Of a DNA stretch of 56,160 nucleotides, positions 11,426-23,335 are shown piece after piece. The DNA comes from Mizuhopecten yessoensis (lineage: Eukaryota). Positions within the stretch are counted from its first letter, which is position 1, and every line of letters starts with the position of its first letter. The stretch covers positions 75,703-131,862 of the forward strand of contig NW_018405902.1 of the NCBI RefSeq assembly GCF_002113885.1, read 5' to 3'. A program made the translations under genes and the position numbers. The notes beneath the pieces were generated by a model that worked only from the letters and a program-made list of their open reading frames with translations, ran no database searches and had not been told where the DNA came from.

Positions 11426-12555
11426 AGAAAGGTCAAATAGAGGACAGAATGCTTTGGTTACAAAGATGACAACTTTACACACACTTCAAAGGTGCATTCC
11501 CTTTTCTATAAGGGCAAAAAATTGATGGAATCTTTTCCACGGGTGTGGTCAGAAAAAAATGGTAATAAAAGTATCAAACATGACTGTAATCCGTGGACGA
11601 CTCAAGGGTAAGAGTTTGGCTGTCCAGCAATCTGCTTTAGGTTTCGCCGAGCGCTGGACTGCCAAACTAATACGAAAGGGAGACCAATAAGTCAGCAAAG
11701 TTACCTTCTATAACACATCTCGACCCCTACTATTATTTTAGAACGCGGATCAAGTAAATCATGAAAAAGATGATACAGTATAGCAATTTTACAAACTTTG
11801 ATGAGACATCGTTATATTTTTAAAATGAACAATGAACATAAGTTTCAGGTGACTGGTGTTATGTCTAGATAAAAAATGTGTCTTATTTTACTGATTTTTT
11901 GGGGAAAGACAAAAAATGACAAATACTACTTTTATAACTTTTTATGGCAATAGTATCAAGTATAATGTACGAAGTTGGTCTTTATTCTTTCGAAAAATAA
12001 TGGGAATATTGTATATCGTCCTGATTTACTGTGTTGACCAAGGGATAAAGCATCAGGAATATAGTTGTAAAATCGCCTGGATTGCAGGAAACTCTTATCC
12101 TACCGGAACAATTAATTCTGATTCTGCTTTGTATTTCGTTATCAAGGCTCTTGATTGCTTCCCTTTTGTGTTAATTCAGGCTTTTATACTCAAATTTCTT
12201 CCGCTATTGAACTAGCTAGTATATGCTCAAACCTTGTAATGGCGCTAGCTAGCCAAACACCTGGGAGCCTGATCGTCGTGCTATTAAATTTGTTACACCT
12301 GAATGTTAGTATTGTTTCTTAAAGAATACTGATAGACTTATCAATAAAAAAATATTTATACAAAGTGGTGTTAGATAAATTGAATTATCGAGACCATTTG
12401 ATGATAGAAAATAAGTTTAGAAAAAACAACAGCACCATCAACTAATCAACTTGTGGAGACTGTTATAAAATATTCTGCCTCTTGGTTATTATTTATACAA
12501 CATGAACAATAATAAGTACATGATATTAAATGTGTGGTCATAGATCAAAACAGTG

Positions 12556-12559
<4 letters not shown>

Positions 12560-12588
<29 letters not shown>
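12560..12588. repeat. (TA)n microsatellite
   Basis: About 14 uninterrupted TA units. Confidence 0.9.
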
Positions 12589-12592
<4 letters not shown>

Positions 12593-13393
12593 CAAGATGG
12601 CAGACATTTGTGAACAGGGGGGATACTCTTATTAAGCACTCTCCCTACTTTTAGTCTTTTTCTTCTCCACTGGGGTTGGGGGCTTATTTGCAAATATGGT
12701 ATATACGCAAAAACATGAATGAAAATAATTTCCGGGATATAGTAGTGTTCTAAAAATGAAAAAAATAATGATGAAAATTTACCAGAAGGTGTCATGAAAA
12801 AAAAATGTTTAAATGCCATTATGTGACTTATATAATATCTTATTTTATCATATTTAGTTGAAATGGTGTCTTTGTATACATACACACAAACAAGTTGTCC
12901 TTTTGAAATAAACCTGAAGAGACCTGTGAAGTGTGAAAGCTGCTAGTTTTGAAGTCGGTCATTATATCTTTTATTTTCTATACTTACCAACTTCACATGG
13001 ATATTCAATCTTTTTAATTATATATATATAAAAAGATGAGGGGGATGAAGGAGGCAATTTCTAAATGGTCCTACCACCCTCAACATAGTCAGGTCATCTC
13101 ATCACATCCCATATGTTTTATCAATATTATCTATACTCTATTCTCATCCTCCATAAAGCTAGTTTTGGAATACATGTAGATCTTCTATAAATGTATAGGT
13201 ACATACATGTATTCTTCACTACCCCTAGGATCCATTAATCAAATCTATTAATATTTCACATCATCTTAGTTGCCATATTTAGATTCAGGCACTTCAGCCA
13301 CAAGTACCCAGATAAGATAATGCACATGATTATTACCATTTCAACAACTTTATTTAACAACATATTCATTCAATCAGTGCTATATAAGTAACA

Positions 13394-16300
13394 TCATCTT
13401 TTTCTGTTCTTGAGTCTTTTCATGTGTTTGTATGGCCCTGCTCCTTTCCGCTTGGCTTCCTGTATTTCCACATACTTTCTCTTGTTGTACCTAACAAGGA
13501 TAATATTGAATTTAGTGATAATTTAATAATAGAATGTTTTAGGAAATTGAAAAACATGAACAGGTCTAACAGTAAAGTTTCCTAAGATAAGAAATTTCCC
13601 TGAATTAAAGTACTACTATTTAAAATCACTTTCAATGCAGAAAGTTTCTGAACAGTTGTTCACTGAAATGATAATTTCTGAAACTTTTTCAATGTTTACC
13701 ATCATAAGGATTTTACAACACTATACTGTTTAAAGGACCGATTACTGAAAGACAGGAAAATCTTGAAGCATTGTTTTGTTCTTACGTTCTGAATTCTGCA
13801 TCAGCCAATAACTCGTCGACCATGGTAGATTTTCTTTGTTTCTTTGGAACTCTAGAATGGTAGAAATCTGCCGAGTTCTCAATAACTTTTCCAAACTGTA
13901 ATTTACATAAAATTGCATTTAGTACATGTACAACATATTATCCTTTTAAGGTACGGTACATAAAGAACACATTTTATAATTCAACATTTTTAAAATTTTC
14001 AAACTGTGAGCAAAGGATACATATGGTAGTGGGGTAAGTGCTGCTGACTTTCACCATGAGTAATCATTGAACAGAGGACCTGGAGGAGAGCATACAGGAA
14101 GCAAAGACAAGCATGCTCCCTGTATACAACTAATGCTATTTTAGGAGATGTAGGTTGATGAAATCTACGGGCAAGTTGTATGGTCGCTATCATGATCCCA
14201 CAGGGAAATATTCCTTGTTTGATCTGAAGGACAATTTTATTTATTATGTTCATTTAGTTGCAATGTCACTATGCTAGTTCTTGCTTCAAGATATGACATT
14301 TCTCTGACTTGGCCTCAATTTACAGTTGTCTTCGATGAAGCAGAAATGGCTTACCCATCCCAAACACCTGGTCTTATTCTCCTTGTACTCTTTCAAGGGT
14401 CTCCACGTAATCTTTCCTTTGCATATATTTTGCTCTAGTTTTATTGATTTTGGGTTTTAATTACAGTTTTGTTGAAACTTTGATATTCTTCTGGGGTATT
14501 TGTATCCAGAATTTAAAGATTTCTTCATTATTGTTGTTTTGTGTTATGGGTAAATTAAATGGAAATTTGAGGATCGATTATATTTCATATTCATAAATAA
14601 AACCTTTCTCATTAATTAATTATAATCAGCTCACTTTTCATAACTCATAAACAATTGTTGTATTTAAATAGATATCAAATCTGATTTAAATCAAATCAAA
14701 AGATAATCTATTTGGTACATGTTTTATGATGAAACAAGAGTTACTAAGAAAACAAACTTTTGTAGTAATATTTTTATAATTGCCAGATATGTTGCAGTAA
14801 ATATGCAATTTAATTGATGATTTCCTTATAATATTATCTGTATAATACAAAACTTTGAGTGATTATTGCTTTTTGTTTTAGTGTTCCAACCTGCATAAAG
14901 AACATGTTAATTCCATCTGAATAAATTTCTCTCAAATATTAGAGATTGTGTTGGAGTCCCCTTTTTTTTAAATTTGGTGTTGAATTGTCTTTGTAAACGT
15001 GATTTATTTCACCTATGGATTTATATAACAGTATGAATGCAGCATAGCTACATTTCTTCAAATAACAAGAGGCCCAGAGGGCCTGTATCGCTCACCTGGA
15101 TATATGTTTAAAGTACCTGATATGAAGTAAAGATATAGCACTCCTTGGTAGGTACTGTATGTACATATGAAATTTCAGATAGATCCATCCAGTATTTCTG
15201 GAGATATAGCGTGAACAAACTTCAAATGTCAAAATCCAAGATGGCGGCCTGGTGGTCATCTTGTTTTAATGAATACATCCTAATAGTATAAGGCACTACT
15301 AGACAACTTAATGGAGACAACATTGGGATAAAATCTTGAATCCCTATTGTAGGAGAAGGATTTCAAAGGTTTTACCTCTATTTCGCTTATTGGGCCCCAC
15401 ATATCTACCCCTAGAGGGGCCACACCCACCATTTATACAAAACTGAGTGCCCTTGGCCCAAGGATGCTCCAGACCAAGTTTAGTCAAAATATACTTAGCC
15501 GTTCAGGCAGGTGAGCTAAAATTCATTGATGTGATGCAATATATATATATTTGGAAGAATCCAAATTACAGGCACACACCCAAAGGTCCTATTTTTCTAT
15601 ACATAAAATAAATGAGAGGATAACTGTGTGGATATACAGGGCCAGTATTTTGTTTTGAATACCACTGGTCAATTGGGGTAGTAGTTTCCAATTTTTACTA
15701 ATCCATGTGCAAATTCCACTTACCTAATATTATTCAATAAGATAAGCAATATCAAATTTTGACTAATCAATCCGGCTAGTGATTTTTAGAACCACTAATC
15801 CAGCTGGAGATTTCATTAGTCCCAGACTATCAGCTGGCTACCCTTATTGTCTAGCACTGATTGCTGTTGGCAGAGCAGCAGGTAAGGTCTAAATGGATCA
15901 CGACACAATGTTGTATTTAAATTCCTTTAGAGTATCTATATCTGGTATGACAGATAAAATTTAAATATCGAATTAGTTCTTACAATTAATAGTTACATCA
16001 AAAGTATGACTTACCTGGAAGAATTTGGGGAGAGTCTTAATGTCATTACTCTTGTAAAATCTTTTCGGGTCCAGAGCTCGTCTCATTTGAAGAACAGTCA
16101 GATCATTCTTTGTTTCCTCTGTCATCTCGGGCGCTGTCATGTTGAACCAACCTTTACCTTTAGTCATCTCTTTATCTTTCTGTGTACAACAAAATATCAG
16201 ACATGTAAAAGAATCAATACACAATTACATTGTAAAAATAAAAACAGCTATTCTCATCCATTCTTAGGTACCTGCAAACTTTTATTTTTTTATTACTAAC

Positions 16301-19300
16301 AAAATTTCTAAGGGAATTAATGTGTATTATTTTTTATTGCATCTTCATAGTCTGCTAGAAAGAAAAAAAACAAAGACTGAAAATTATCAGTGAGATCAAT
16401 AATGAGTGATTGATTCAAGATATTGACACTGTAAAAAAAAATCAAAGCTTTCCTCTGGTGTGAACACACCTAAAACACTGAGACTAACTGAAGGGACTGG
16501 TGGGGGGTTTTACAATTTTTTTCCCCAAAAAATTATTAAGAACACTGCATTTCATATCAGGAATTTGAAAATCAAAGTCACATTATTAAATGAGGCCACT
16601 CAGAGGGGAATGGGGCTTTACAGGGGCCTTAAAATGGTAGTTGAATCATCCTTGATATCATAGTGGTGATACAAGTGGGATTTCGTAATTAAAGACTGTG
16701 AAAGACTGAATAATATGTTTCAACATAATGAATGATATTTTATCATGAACCACAACATACCAAGATGATGGTTCTGTGAAACTACTGTACAAAATATCAT
16801 CACAGAGTATTTTACTAGAACAGGATTGGAAAGAAGCTTGCATTTAAGGATCCTGGTATCACTGCCATTAAACTGTAATTATGTACCAGAAACTATTTTC
16901 TAGCAAGACTTATCACTTAAATATTTCGGGAATTGCGGAATATTTATGAAAATTATACAGATAATGTATCTTGGACTTTCCTATCTCGAGGTTATGAAAA
17001 AGAAACCTCCACCCCCATCACATATCAATGACCGACTAACCCTCAGCTAAAGCAGCCTCTGGTTAGACAGTAAAGAATCTATTCCTTCGGATTTCTCTGT
17101 CCTATCCTAAAGATAAGGAAGGGATCCTATAAATCTCATGCTTTGGAACAGGTACTTGTTGTCACACTCTAGGTGTTGTGAATCAACATTCTTGATAAAA
17201 TATCTATTGTGACAATTAAAAAAATTATGGCTTAGAGCTGAAGAGACAAATAAGACAGATGACATACCTAACTCATGTATTCACTGCATTGACAAGGCAG
17301 TCTTGTAATGAATAGAATCACATAACACATAGCAACACTGTCGTATGCCATTTCCTACCTTTCTCTGTTTCTTGAGTGTTTGAAGACTTTCCTGATATGG
17401 CGGTAATGCATATTTCTTTTCAATATCCGGCTGAAGAACACTCTTTTTCATTATCTATAAAAGATATATTTGTACATCAATATTTACGAACAAAAAGTTA
17501 TATGCTTGATTTGGCTATTGATAACTACAAGATTGACAGAACACTCTACACAAAGTAGACTGAACTTCACAGGTGTGTCCCCCGTTTTAGCCGGGAAAGA
17601 TCAGCTTGTCACCCCTTAGGGGGAGATAGCCTCGTGCCGATTTAGCATGTGTTCAATAGTGACGTCATTAAAATGTGTCATCAGTAACATTGTGACGTCA
17701 TCAAAAGTGAGTGACGATATGCATACCCCACATGTGTTTTTGTTTACAAACAAGGCAGACTACTGTCGCTGGAACTGTGACTGAAATAATAGGATGGGAG
17801 AAAAATAATCATGCCCTTCCTTGAGGGTCTAACAGAGAAATCTCCAACCCTTGGGGTGACTTTTTTGGTTGTCTAACCCTTGGCAGAGCCTTGGGTTAGA
17901 CAACCAAAAAACATCACCCCTCGGGTTGAAGATTTCTCTGTCACATCCTCGAGGTAGGGGAAGATTCTATTAGTCATGGGAGGCCCAACTGGCCAAACTA
18001 TGGTTTTGTTAGATATTGTGTGTGTTAATACTTAACATAACCTAAGGTCTGATACTTACTTCACTGTCTTTGTCTGATCCTTTTATCAAATTTTGAATAG
18101 TTGATTCCTTTGTCTTCTTGACTGTCGATTGTGTTGGTTTCTTTAAATAGTTATCATATAAATTTACACTGCTGTGAATTTTTGAAGATAAAGTGATCCT
18201 GAAATAAGAAAAAAAAAATGTTAAAATTAAATACTAATAATAAGTGTTTGCAAGATATCATATTCCTTCATCAACCCATTTATTGTCATCAAGACATTTT
18301 TGGAATTTCACAATAGATAATAATCTGTGGGCAAAATAATATTTTTTTCTATATTTGGACTATGGAAACAAATCAAAACATATATATTTATCATAGCCTA
18401 AGGTGACAACATTATTGTCATAGCTAGCTAGAGGCCATGGAGCTCAGCACACTAATGTTGAACACTGGTTCAAATATAAACATCAGGGTATTTTTATGCC
18501 ATTTCTGAGCTGATACAATTTTGTTATGGCAATCATATAGCAAATTATCAATGAGATCAGACGAGGTAAGTGATTTTGATGCATATCAGGATTTTTCAGC
18601 ATTTTCTTCACAGTGTTTTGATACTTCATTACGTTTCCATTCTAATGATGCCCAAGATTAATTATTGTTACAGTAGATAATGATCTAGTTGCTGGTTACT
18701 GAGCTAATGGAAATTTCCCATTAGCTTAATCAGAAAAGCCTTGGACCAGTAATTGTTGTAGTCGTTTTCCGACTCTAGGCAAAGGCATTAGGAAAATGAA
18801 CTTTGGTTGTATTGGTGCTCATGTAGACCTGGGCTATGTGTATGATGGTCTCCTCACTCTAGATCTTGGGTGTCACAATTGCAAGCATGGTTGTACTTCA
18901 GAACTTGAGAAGCCTTGAAGACAGGGTCTTTCCATGGATGGGGAGAATGCATACATGTGTAACAGGAAAGAGAGTGTGCTTCCATCGTGCTTTTAATGTA
19001 TCAAAATCAAAAAAAAAAATCAGCACTTAAATTGGTATATATACATGATGAAGTGGATTATTTGAGCTTGAAACTGAATTTCGTTTGAGGCTACAGTGGC
19101 CATTTACAAATCTGTGTCTTCATCACAAAAGCTAGCTTTTCATGACCTATTTTTGTACTCTGCACATGTGGAAATATTGAGAAAAATCCAGTTGAACTAC
19201 CTATGCTAAAATGTGAGTATTCTGTTTCCGAGAGGGTGATATTTAATTGAAGAAAAAAATATACTAGGTACTTGCGGGGTCAATAAATTCTATTTTGCAT

Positions 19301-20483
19301 ATTTTGGTGGGTTTTTATGTGACTGGTAACCATGGTTTTCACAAGTCCCAAATCTGGGGAAAACACTTCTTGAAAAAAATGAACTTTATAAATATATATA
19401 TAAACATGTTTGCTTAACAAGCAAACAATGCATTTCAACCATGATTCTCTCCGACACCCCCCACAGCTGGAACCATTTGCAAAGGTGTATTGTGCAGGAT
19501 AAATCCATTTTCCATGTTTATATACGACATGCCCTTTATTTCTACTGTATTCTGCTACTGTAGTCCCGTGCACATGCAACTCCTAACATCTTATTGGTTC
19601 TTGTAAAAGGATCAGGGTCAGGTTTCACGCAAGCTGTGATAACGTAACTTCTGACGACGGGACATTTTTTGGTATATTGCGCCGTCTGGGCAGAGGAGGC
19701 CGGGTATTGATATTAGTACTTGTTTCACCCTAAATCCTGTTTGCACCACCAGGAACAGAGGTCATTATTTTTTAAATGTCTTGACTAGGGATCAAAACCG
19801 GGACTTCTGATTTTCTAGTCTTACCAAAAGATGTAAGCTTAAGAGTCTCCTTAGCCAAGATAGTAGGAAGCGGCTCATATTTATTCCATTTTTATCGTTA
19901 GTACCTCTTGTGGTTGGAGTTAACTATCGTCGGGTTAGTAAAATGCTGAAGTAAATTTAGTATGAATAGGCTAATTATTTAATCAACAAATACACAAGCA
20001 ATTATAGAAAATAAAAAATAATCAATTGTACAAAGAAAGGAATTCGCTATTATGTTATTTCAAAAAGATATTTTTTGTATAAATATCTCAGCCATTCTAT
20101 TAGTAACTATTAAATTCCATACTTGTTGGAAGAATATAGGGATCGGACACTGTCAACTAGAGTTTCATTTACTCCAACTAACATAGTTGGAGTAAATGAA
20201 ACTCTAGTTGACAGCGTATGAGCTGTTGTGCGATATTCCAAACTGGACGCTAGCACAATTAAATTTTAAATTTATAATGGGTAGAGTCAGTCCCAAAATG
20301 TTAAGTTAAAAAAGTATGTTTACAAAGGCATTACCGATCATTATTAGCCGGTTTCACGGTCTTTTCTGAACTGTCACACTTTGATACGCTTCCAGATTTT
20401 TTCTTGTTACATGTGATTTTGTCAACAGCTTTGGCAACTAGATCTTCCATTTCGCTATCAGATGATTCGTCAGGGGACTCCAT
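13394..20483 (-). CDS. DNTTIP2: Deoxynucleotidyltransferase terminal-interacting protein 2 / Fcf2 pre-rRNA processing factor, 6 exons, 251 aa
   Basis: Phase-consistent GT-AG exons 20483-20335, 18198-18060, 17454-17359, 16179-16015, 13895-13786, 13490-13394 (756 nt). Fcf2 motifs: GKGWFNMTAPEMTEETKNDL..LQMRRALDPKRFYK, PKFFQFGKVIE..ADFYHSRVPKKQRK.T.VDELLADAEF. AATAAA on the minus strand at 13354-13349. Confidence 0.93.
15064..15521. mobile_element. Non-autonomous Helentron-type (HINE/pearl-like) element in a DNTTIP2 intron
   Basis: Starts AACAAGAGGCCCAGAGGGCC (short hairpin). Subterminal inverted repeat GCTCACCTG (15090) / CAGGTGAGC (15508). Ends in TAAAA. Confidence 0.75.
17560..17972. mobile_element. 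Non-autonomous element ending in a ~165 bp imperfect foldback
   Basis: 17805-17970 folds back about GGCAGAGCC (ACAGAGAAATCT..AACCC..GGGGTGA..TTTTGGTTGTCTAACCC versus its complement). Repeated GTGACGTCA motifs lie upstream. Superfamily not determined. Confidence 0.55.
20150..20214. repeat. Perfect inverted repeat, 31 bp arms, 3 nt loop
   Basis: CTGTCAACTAGAGTTTCATTTACTCCAACTA-ACA-TAGTTGGAGTAAATGAAACTCTAGTTGACAG. Confidence 0.95.
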
Positions 20484-20928
20484 TTCTAAAGTGTCAACAA
20501 AAACAAATCTGATGTTGACAGCACACGTGCTTTGGGACGATTTTGGTTAGACCGAAGAACGTCGCGCGTTCACTTCCTTGATATAAAATATAGTTTTTAA
20601 TATCTATGGATTTTATTTCATCTTCGATGAAGATTTCTTAAATCGAAAACATATGTAAAATAGAAATAGTCGTATTCTTTCCAAAAACCAAATGTATAGA
20701 CGAAAAAAGGAATAATTCTATCATTAGCGGAGTAATATCTGAACGTAAAAAATAATGGGACATAACTCCGGTACCTCTTCCTGTTTATTTGCTGAGAAAT
20801 GGAAGTCGATTTCAGGATCTTCATCGTTGTCAACGTATCATACTCCAAGTTGAATTTTACGGAATGAATCAAGACCTGCCTCAATAATCTATACAAACGT
20901 AATTTTATGGCGATTGGATAATATAAAC
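20484..20928. promoter_or_regulatory. Probable bidirectional promoter DNTTIP2/TM2D1
   Basis: Only 445 bp separate the divergent ATGs. The region is locally CpG-rich, with an E-box CACGTG at 20524-20529 and an ETS-like CACTTCCT at 20571-20578. Confidence 0.65.
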
Positions 20929-21495
20929 ATGAAATCGACTGGTAGTGAGACTCTTTTCTTGTTTCTCTTGTCTCTTATTCAAATTACAGGAAGCAGGACC
21001 ACAACATTAAGATGCGAATCTTTGCTTCTTGGCCAATACACATGCAAAGAACCTGAGATTGACACAGAAACACAAAGTGCAAAGGGATGCAGAGAGAACA
21101 GGACTGTTTTAATTCAATGTATGCCAGCTGAAGAAATCAGTTGTATTGGACTGGACGGGAAGGCTATGACTTACAATGGAACTGTTGTAGGATTCTTAAA
21201 AGAAGCACCTTGCAGATGGACCAATGGATACTCTTTTGAGACCTCTTTATTATTATCCATTTTTCTTGGGATGTTTGGAATTGACAGATTCTATCTCGGA
21301 TATCCTGCTATTGGTTTACTGAAATTTTCTACACTAGGGTTTTTCTTCCTAGGACAGCTTGTAGACATTTTATTGATTGCCACCCAAGTAGTGACTCCAT
21401 CAGATGGATCAGACTATGTCATTGATTACTATGGAGCAGGCCTCACAAGGATAGTCATGGATAAATTCACATATGTTAAACCTCCAGATTCCTAA
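20929..21495 (+). CDS. TM2D1: TM2 domain-containing protein 1 (beta-amyloid-binding protein homologue), 188 aa, single coding exon
   Basis: Signal peptide, Cys-rich ectodomain (LLLGQYTCKEPEID..TQ...GC) and TM2 domain TNGYSFETSLLLSIFLGMFGIDRFYLGYPAIGLLKFSTLGFFFLGQLVDILLIATQVVTPSDGSDY. First ATG at 20929 (the track starts at TTG 20914). AATAAA at 21521. Confidence 0.95.
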   Translation: MKSTGSETLFLFLLSLIQITGSRTTTLRCESLLLGQYTCKEPEIDTETQSAKGCRENRTVLIQCMPAEEISCIGLDGKAMTYNGTVVGFLKEAPCRWTNGYSFETSLLLSIFLGMFGIDRFYLGYPAIGLLKFSTLGFFFLGQLVDILLIATQVVTPSDGSDYVIDYYGAGLTRIVMDKFTYVKPPDS

Positions 21496-22868
21496 GAAAA
21501 TGTTTAACTGTACATGTGATAATAAAAAAATCCATTAACATTCACTCATATTCATAAAGTAGCTGGATCCTTTCATGTGACAATTTTGTTGAAATCCACA
21601 ACCATGAAATATCTGAGTAGTTAATTTGACTTGAAGATAATTTGAAATGCATCATAAATATATGGGTCTGACTTGAATGATATCTCATGTAAAGTTGCAG
21701 TTTGTCGATTTAGAAACAAGAAGATTAAATTATTTTGAATCAAGCTTTTTTGTATTTGAGTATTCTTTATATCATAAAAAACATCTTTGATGCATGTGCA
21801 TCAGTCTTGAAATGTTAATGAAACATTGATGAATGTGGATTCAAAATAATTTCATTACATTTGTAAGATGAATATTCAGTATTCTGATTAAAAATCTTCT
21901 GTTTTAGTATTTTGAAGAACGTGGTATTCAGTTTTACATAATCTTATACATGTATGTAGTATATATGACAATAATGCATGGAATACTATCATTTTGGTCA
22001 ATACTAGAACATTGATTCAAAACTTGCACATCAAATTATTCATTATTATTACTGCCCTAGAAGCTTAATTTTGCATCAATCAAACAAGAACAAGGCATCT
22101 ATTTGAGATGACAACTGCAGAAAGTCAAACCTCCCAAAAAATCACTGAAGCATTGAGTAGATCCAGAAATTTTGAAAGGAGGCCTTTTCATATGTAACAC
22201 TCTGCCATTCAAAGTTGTGTATGCAATTGAAAGTTAGGTAAACCTCAGTTGAAGTGGACACAAAAAGGGGCCATAACTCTGTAATAAAATTGGAGGCTGT
22301 TTCATGAAATGATGTTAAAGCTATGGTCCGGACAGAAATAAATAAGAAAACGACCTAACTCTGTGAATAGTGTTCCTCAGGACATATTTTTGAAATGCAA
22401 CTCTGCCATTCAGAGATCATGGGTATATTTATGAGGGTAAAAAAATAACAAAGGGCCTTAACTCTAAAAATAAGGGGCTGTGTAATTTTATTTTGGTAGA
22501 AAACACTCTTCATTCCTAGGAAGTGTTTTTTATGGAAAGTTTAAAGTTGCTGCATGAACAGTTTTAATTAACAAAAAAAGGAAGGGCCATAAAGCTGAAA
22601 ATAAGTATGTTTGTGGCATAATTTTGATATGCGACATTCTACCATTCTGAGTACTGTTTGATTGCAAGGTTTGAAACTCTTTTGGAGATATGTCTTTGAC
22701 AAGCAAAACCTAATGAAATAAACAAAGGGCCATAACTCTGGATATAAGGGTCTGTGTGATCTATCTCTTCGGTATGCAACACTGCGATCCCAAATTGTGT
22801 TTGCATTTGAGGTTGCTGCATCAAAATAACGCAATGGATGGATGATGCCATATGACCATTCATGACAA

Positions 22869-22964
22869 GATATATTAATATTGAAGCCAAATGAATGACA
22901 GATATGTTAAAATTGAAGCCAAATGAATGACAGATATATTAATATTGAAGCCAAATGAATGACA
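22869..22964. repeat. 32 bp tandem repeat x3
   Basis: GATAT(A/G)TTAA(T/A)ATTGAAGCCAAATGAATGACA at 22869, 22901 and 22933. Confidence 0.9.
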
Positions 22965-22987
22965 CATGCTACGACACAGCATAAAAA

Positions 22988-23335
22988 GGCACGGTAGTCT
23001 AGTGGTATGACGGTAAGGGCGCCGGCCTCATGGGATCCAGTCACGTCACGGCACTGTGTTGTATCTTTGAACAAGATACTTTTTCTCCGCTTGTTCCAGT
23101 CTACTGAGCTGTAAATAATTATGTGGTTGGGCAGTGCTAGAATTGTTGAATGTCAGCTGTGAGTGCCGAAATGGCAGCACCGGCTGTATGCTCCCCATGG
23201 AGTTGAGAAAGATATTGGCAGGTTGCAAAGGCCCTATAACCACAGATAATAACTTGTGAACCACTTTGAGACAACCTTCAAACTAGGTTGTGTACAAGAA
23301 CCTCAATTTTCTATTATTATTTTTTTTTTTTTATT
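22988..23335 (+). mobile_element. tRNA-derived SINE with conserved-core-like body and (TTA)/T-rich tail
   Basis: A-box-like GGTAGTCTAGTGGT; core-like TTGTATCTTTGAACAAGATACTT and GGCTGTATGCTCCCCATGGAGTTGAG; LINE-like 3' end TTGTGAACCACTTTGAG; TATTATTATT tail. Confidence 0.6.

Noticed and set aside
10123-11482. Antisense ORFs inside the TRIM-NHL CDS (and likewise within 4740-5945)
   Set aside because: Shadow frames of a real coding region, with no recognisable motifs.
20618-20896. 92 aa minus-strand ORF between DNTTIP2 and TM2D1
   Set aside because: Non-ATG start, no motif, and it lies in the promoter/5' UTR interval.
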